This document shows positions 57,289 to 64,000 of a stretch of 64,000 nucleotides of DNA, in pieces. Numbering within the stretch: the stretch's first letter is position 1; each line of letters starts with the position of its first letter. Position numbers and translations under genes: made by a program. A model generated the notes under the pieces. That model worked only from the letters and a program-made list of their open reading frames with translations. It ran no database searches and was not told where the DNA came from. Origin of the DNA: Octopus vulgaris (taxonomy: Eukaryota). The stretch spans positions 16,988,001 through 17,052,000 of the forward strand of contig OX597825.1 of the NCBI GenBank assembly GCA_951406725.2, given 5' to 3'.

Positions 57289-58909
57289 AAACCAAGTGAT
57301 TTTGAACATGTCTCAGTTTCTTTCATGTTATGGTTTTTCCGTACGTTCTAATATATTACGGTGTTATGGTATTAGAATTATATTAATATATGAGAAATAA
57401 AAGCACTCCATTAATGTAAATGCCATACATACTTATAAAATTAATATCATCGTTGATAACTAATAATACGCTATAGAAAGCCACTTTCATTGTTCGTCAA
57501 TGCGTACATTTTTTTCGTCCTCCCTCTCTTTCTTTCTCTCTCACTATCTCTATCTCCCCCAAATTAAGAGAAAATGCACGAAATATTAATAACTCTATTT
57601 CCGAATAAATATTATAATTAGAGAATAACATTACTCTTATTGCAATAGAGAAATACCACCAATAGAATATATATTGAATAGCAATTTGAAATCCTAACAA
57701 ACTGAATGGTTCTCTTAACTTTAAATCACATTTCTAAACAAAAGGAAATATTTAAAAAAAGTTATTGATGATTATTGTTATTATTTTCTCGACTGCTTTT
57801 ACTTTCTATAAGTATTTTGAAGTTAACTTTCATTCAATTGACGGCGATTTAAAACATGTTATTCAATTAAAAATGGTGAAAGACCGCATAAATAAAATTC
57901 CTAAGCAACGTATTTTAAACTGTAAATACGCTCACACAAAAATAAATAATAATTCAGATTTCAGTCGGTTATATATGTGAATTCCTGGCACATAATGGCC
58001 TAAAACGATGAAAATTTCAATGGCAGTATTGATATTTTGAATGAATTCCTTAATACAACAATGTCCGATGCTTTATGTGCTGTACAGTTTGATTGAAGAG
58101 ATTTATGAAAGAAATAAAAAAAAGAAACCTATATAAAGTATAAAGAACGGGAACACATATAGAAAATACACAAAAAAGCCTACTGTTCCCATGCTGTTTG
58201 GCAATGATGCCTGCCGGGTTTTATATTGTAAATGGAATATTCAGTTATCTGTTCATATATTTCTTCCAGTAGCGCATCGGGTTTAATTTAGCCAGTGTTA
58301 GCTGTGGATTGTATTCTCTTACAATTGTATCTGTTCATTATTTGGTCTGACAGTCAAAGGAGCATGATTTTATATCACGTCACGTGTCAATATTCGCGGT
58401 GCTAGTGTTACCCACTGAGAATTCGTACCTAATTTTCGAACATCAAGAGATCATTAAGGGGAAACCATGCATAATAAATGAGAAAGAGAAGATAGAGGTA
58501 CATTTGCATACTAAAAGCCATATAAATCAAGACTAATTTGTAAGGACAGGTATGAGAATCACCTGTAAATCAAAGCCATTCTCAATTCAATCCGCTTGCA
58601 AATTCTCCTCATCATAAGTTTGTTTACCACACATGTTTTAAACGAAATGAAAATATTGCACCCTATAGAATGTTTCCCCTGCAGCCATAGAATTATAACT
58701 GTTCAAAACAGCAACAACGAAAACATCCATAGCTATATCGATCTCTGCCGGCTTGGAACTCACAAAGCGAAGTCCCTCTGACACCTGAGCATAGTACATT
58801 AAAAATTTGAATGACACGGGTGCATCTAATTCTAAACATTGGAAATGCACATACAAATCTGATTTTCTTTCTCATTAATCTTACACTCAAGGCAGTTTAT
58901 CGATGCTTA

Positions 58910-59613
<704 letters not shown>

Positions 59614-61084
59614 TGTATATATATATATATATGTATATATGTATACATATATGTATATATGTATATATATATATATATATATACATGTATATATATATAA
59701 GTTTAGAATTTCCATAGCAGGCATTGTAATTTGCTTTGTTTCATTATCCACAAGACTCTTTCTTGAATTATCAAGTCGTTCGTAAATCATTATCAAGGTA
59801 TAATCCAGATCAGACTTAGGCGGTTGAAGGTTAACGAAAACCTTGAACTAGGAAAATTCGGTTTAACAAGAGAAAAAAGGATGAAGATTTCTGCTCAATA
59901 CTGTAGCTTTCTGAATGTAATCAATGCAACAATTTCTTATTATTTATGTCCTAAACAGAGGAAATTGTACCTGGTAATAAGGAATGTAATAAGCAACTAG
60001 AAATTACTTTGACGGTTTGGCTTTTCTTTAGGGAATTAACAATGTAATTGATATGAAGTGGCTCTAATAGAGAGTTGAATCCAGTAAATAGCAGGGATAA
60101 ATAGGATTTATGATACATGAAATGTAATTGATGAGCATGGTATAAATCTCTGAAATTGTAAAGCAACTACAATTCCCCACTGAAGTTCGATTCTTTCGTT
60201 TTCAACCAATAATGCTTTTCAGAGTGTCATGGAATTAACATGTTCATTTACAGTCTCTCCCGCTCTATACGACAGATGAATGTAATGAAGTAACAGGCGC
60301 AATCTGGACCACCAAATACTCATATACAATGTATTGCCACTTTCCACGTGTGCCATGTTTCTGTTCTTGTCAAAGCAGCAAACAGTGAAATACTCTGTGA
60401 GTTCTATGATAAATTACACCAATGTTAAATAAATTGAATGTAAAGCGGCGAGGTGGATGAATTGTTAGCATGCGGGACAAAACGCTCAGAGATATTTCGT
60501 CTATTTTTATGTTCTGACCGATGTAGACTTTGCCTCTCATGTTTTCGGGGTGGATAAAATTAGTTCCAGTTGAGAACTGGGGTCTATGTAATCTAGATAC
60601 TCCCACCCCGAAACTGTTGTTGGCCTTGTGTCAAAATTTGAAACCAATATAAAAAAAAAATTGTAGCATGTCTCCAAACAGAATGACAAGTCATCCGTGT
60701 TCTTTACGAGTTTTGTGTACTTTGAGTTAATGAAAGAATGTTAGATAATTTTACCCCTGCAAGCGAAGATACAGCGAATAATGGGAGCATAGCATCTTTC
60801 TGGTATATATCCTCTATGCTAATGAAAATATCGATATGATATTCACAGGCATACGGATAAATATTCTTATTTAGAAACACCGGATTTAAGAGGATTTATA
60901 TTGTACTCAAAAGCAGAGCTAATAACAACTGATTAAATATTGTTGCAGACAAGTAATCTGCCACAAAACCGTTGATATGACGTTAATATTAAATGAAATT
61001 AACACGTATAAATCAAAATGTACGAACAAATCCTGTATTTAATTGTGTTGTCGCAATAAAAGGTATGTTTACATATCCGAGTGG

Positions 61085-61470
61085 TCAGGGGGAAAAGAAA
61101 GATAATATTCTCACAGAAATTGTAGTTATTAAAGATTAAAAATTTTCTGAAGATGATCGCTTGCGTGTCCGACCAGAGAAAGCTATAATGTTTTGGCAAT
61201 AAATAGGTTGTTGATATTTTCGAATACTCAGGGAGAAAGGAAAGAAAAAGAGGGTAACATTTTCACAGAAAATTGTAGATATTAACCTTTTAAGATCGAC
61301 TCGAGACGATTGCTTCTATGTCCGACCAGAGAAAACTGTAGTGTTCTTAGAATAAAATGGATGTTTCCATTTTCGAATACTTAGAGAGAAAGGAAAGGAT
61401 AGGTATTCACAGAAGGTGTAGAAATTAATACTTTTGAAGATGATCGTTTGTGTGTTCGAAAACTGTAGAT
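61085..61470 (+). repeat. Diverged tandem repeat, ~135-155-nt unit, about 3 copies
   Basis: TCACAGAA.TGTAG, GA(T/C)GAT.G, GTCCGACCAGAGAAA and TTTTCGAATACT recur. Confidence 0.7.
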
Positions 61471-61646
61471 ATGAAAGTTTCTCTACTTATTTCTAGGGAA
61501 AATTATAATACTCACAGGAGATTGCAGGTCTTCAAGTTTTTCGAGGGTTATATTTCTGTTGTCTTGCTAGGTTGTCTTAGTGTTTCTGTGTCTTCGGCTG
61601 CTCATTTGTCAGAGTAACGAAGCTGTCGAGGCTGGCGCTCATCTCC

Positions 61647-61745
<99 letters not shown>

Positions 61746-61779
61746 GAGTAGTAGTAGTATTTTCTCTTTATCACAGGTT

Positions 61780-62960
61780 TTGTTGGAGCTCCTGGAGTCT
61801 TGCATGCGTAGTGTGCTTACTACATGCAGCGTATAGTACCATATATTCGTTCCTTTCAGCTATCTAATACTTTCCTGATTATTTTGGCTGTGCCAAGGAG
61901 GCCAAACTTTTGAAACAGTTCTACTGGACACTCTATTCCAATTTCCTTTATATTCCTCTTGATGCCTTTTGATACTGTGCTCAAGGACCTAAAAATAATT
62001 GGCATTATCTTCATCTTCTATTTCCATTGCCTGATATAGTGGTTTTGGGAAAGTCTAGGGCATTACTTCGAGACATGGGCAATGGTTTCATGAATTCTAT
62101 TGCACATGCGGCACAGTGGAGACACTTACTCATTCCTAAGGTAGACCTCCAGTTTGTGTCCATAGCGTTTTTCCTCTGCCAGTATAGTGCTCTCAGTTTC
62201 TTTTTTTAGGGTTCCTTTCATCAGCCAATCCCACCTATTTTCTCCAAGCAACTTCTGATGAGGGTACATGGAATTGAATGTGTAGTATCTTCATGCGTAA
62301 TTCTTCTTCACGTCCTTTTTGTATTTCTTCCTTTTTTAAAAAATCTTTTTTCACTGCTCTCATTATCACCTCATTTCTAACTGTCACTAGCAAAGCTTAC
62401 TTACTTTGGGCTAGGTATCTCGTTAAGCACGCGAGTTCGATACGCACGCAGACTTCCACACTTACCAGTCCTCTTCTTCCCTTTGCTCTCTTCGTATATA
62501 GGCGATCAGTATCTGCACGTAGATGATGGACGCCATGCGTCGTTAGGAGCTTTCTTGACCGCCTGTCCATCTCCTTTCGCCCTTCCTCTGTCCACTTGTA
62601 GATTTCAGCAACATAACGAACTATTGCGACTGCACGCAAGGCTTACTGCCGACCTTATGTTTCAGGCACTTAGCTTTGAATTGAATATGCTTCTCATTCG
62701 CCCCAGGTGCTCTCAAATGTGTCTTTTCTTTCCCATCATGGTGTTTGATTCCATCTTTGTAAAGTATTCCCAAGCAATTATAGCTAAATTGAGGTTGAAT
62801 TACCTTCATCGTTTCACCACTTGCCCACTATATGCCTTCTGTCCTGGCAAGCTTTCCTCATATCATCACTGTTGCAGCACAATTTGAGAGTCCACAATCC
62901 ATCTTAATATCATTAGAGAAAATCTGCACAGACTGGAGAGGCTATCCAATTCTGCCTCAG
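61780..62960 (-). mobile_element. Decayed R4/Dong-like (RLE) non-LTR retrotransposon fragment
   Basis: HGVHHLRADTDRLYTKRAKGRRGL and C-terminal QKFGLLGTAKIIRKVLDS*. Flanked by (TAA)n/(TAG)n tracts. Confidence 0.75.
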
Positions 62961-62984
62961 TTTTTGTGAATGACTTCAGGTCGA

Positions 62985-63497
<513 letters not shown>

Positions 63498-63499
63498 GT

Positions 63500-63831
63500 G
63501 TAGGGAAGAACGTGCACCAATATGACACTGGTGTACAATTATATGAAACCCAATATACCTATCATGACTACACACCTGATAAGGGTACACCAGGCACGTG
63601 CATCACAACCACATGTGCGAAACACGGAGATCTCATATCAAGATAAACAGCGCATGGCCTTGCAGGTGTATCCCAGTAAGAATATTCTTCAGGTTGAGTA
63701 GCTTAAACCGCCCAAAAGGTCCCTGAATAAACTTTGTATAAGGACGTTGAACGAAACACCCATGTTTCCAGAGGTGAATGATTCTAACCCCAAAGAATTC
63801 CCCTCAAAACATGTCTATGATGCACCCCCAC

Positions 63832-63832
<1 letters not shown>
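63500..63832. mobile_element. Complex-sequence insert between (TAA)n tracts, possibly an R4/Dong UTR
   Basis: About 330 bp of non-simple sequence bounded by (TAA)n on both sides, near the Dong-like fragment. Confidence 0.35.
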
Positions 63833-63878
<46 letters not shown>

Positions 63879-64000
63879 GTTGTTGTTGTTACTGTTGTTG
63901 TTACTGTTGTTGTTGTTATTATTATTATAATTGTTATTGTTGTTATTATTATTATTATAATTGTTATTGTTGTTATTATTATTGTTATCATTATTATTAT

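Noticed and set aside
59820-59855. HHR-like AGGTT/AACCT hairpin followed by TGAAC
   Set aside because: Core too degenerate (CGGTTGA, no GAAA) and no stem I.

Overview
AT-rich, microsatellite-dense animal genomic DNA. The repeat families look like those of an octopus or other coleoid cephalopod; this is inferred from repeat content, not proven. I could not support any host protein-coding gene, and almost every listed ORF is a microsatellite or SINE artefact. The only long real ORF (25835-27506, minus strand) is a young, 5'-truncated Penelope-like element (PLE) of Neptune type. It encodes RT, a Cys linker and a GIY-YIG endonuclease, and has a nearly perfect inverted pseudo-LTR in a (TA)n tract. 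The main hidden signal is about 12 type I hammerhead ribozyme (HHR) motifs, some degenerate, in at least 5 short non-coding repeat families of about 150-400 nt. These sit mostly in or next to (TA)n tracts and show PLE-style partial tandem or inverted termini. Several have palindromic stem III and covarying stems. Together they suggest a retrozyme-like, non-autonomous PLE system, with the PLE ORF family as a candidate driver. The window also holds tRNA-derived SINEs (including tandem arrays, module-swapped copies and one with a 230-bp flanking duplication), decayed CR1, R4/Dong and Tc1-mariner fragments, and fold-back elements.
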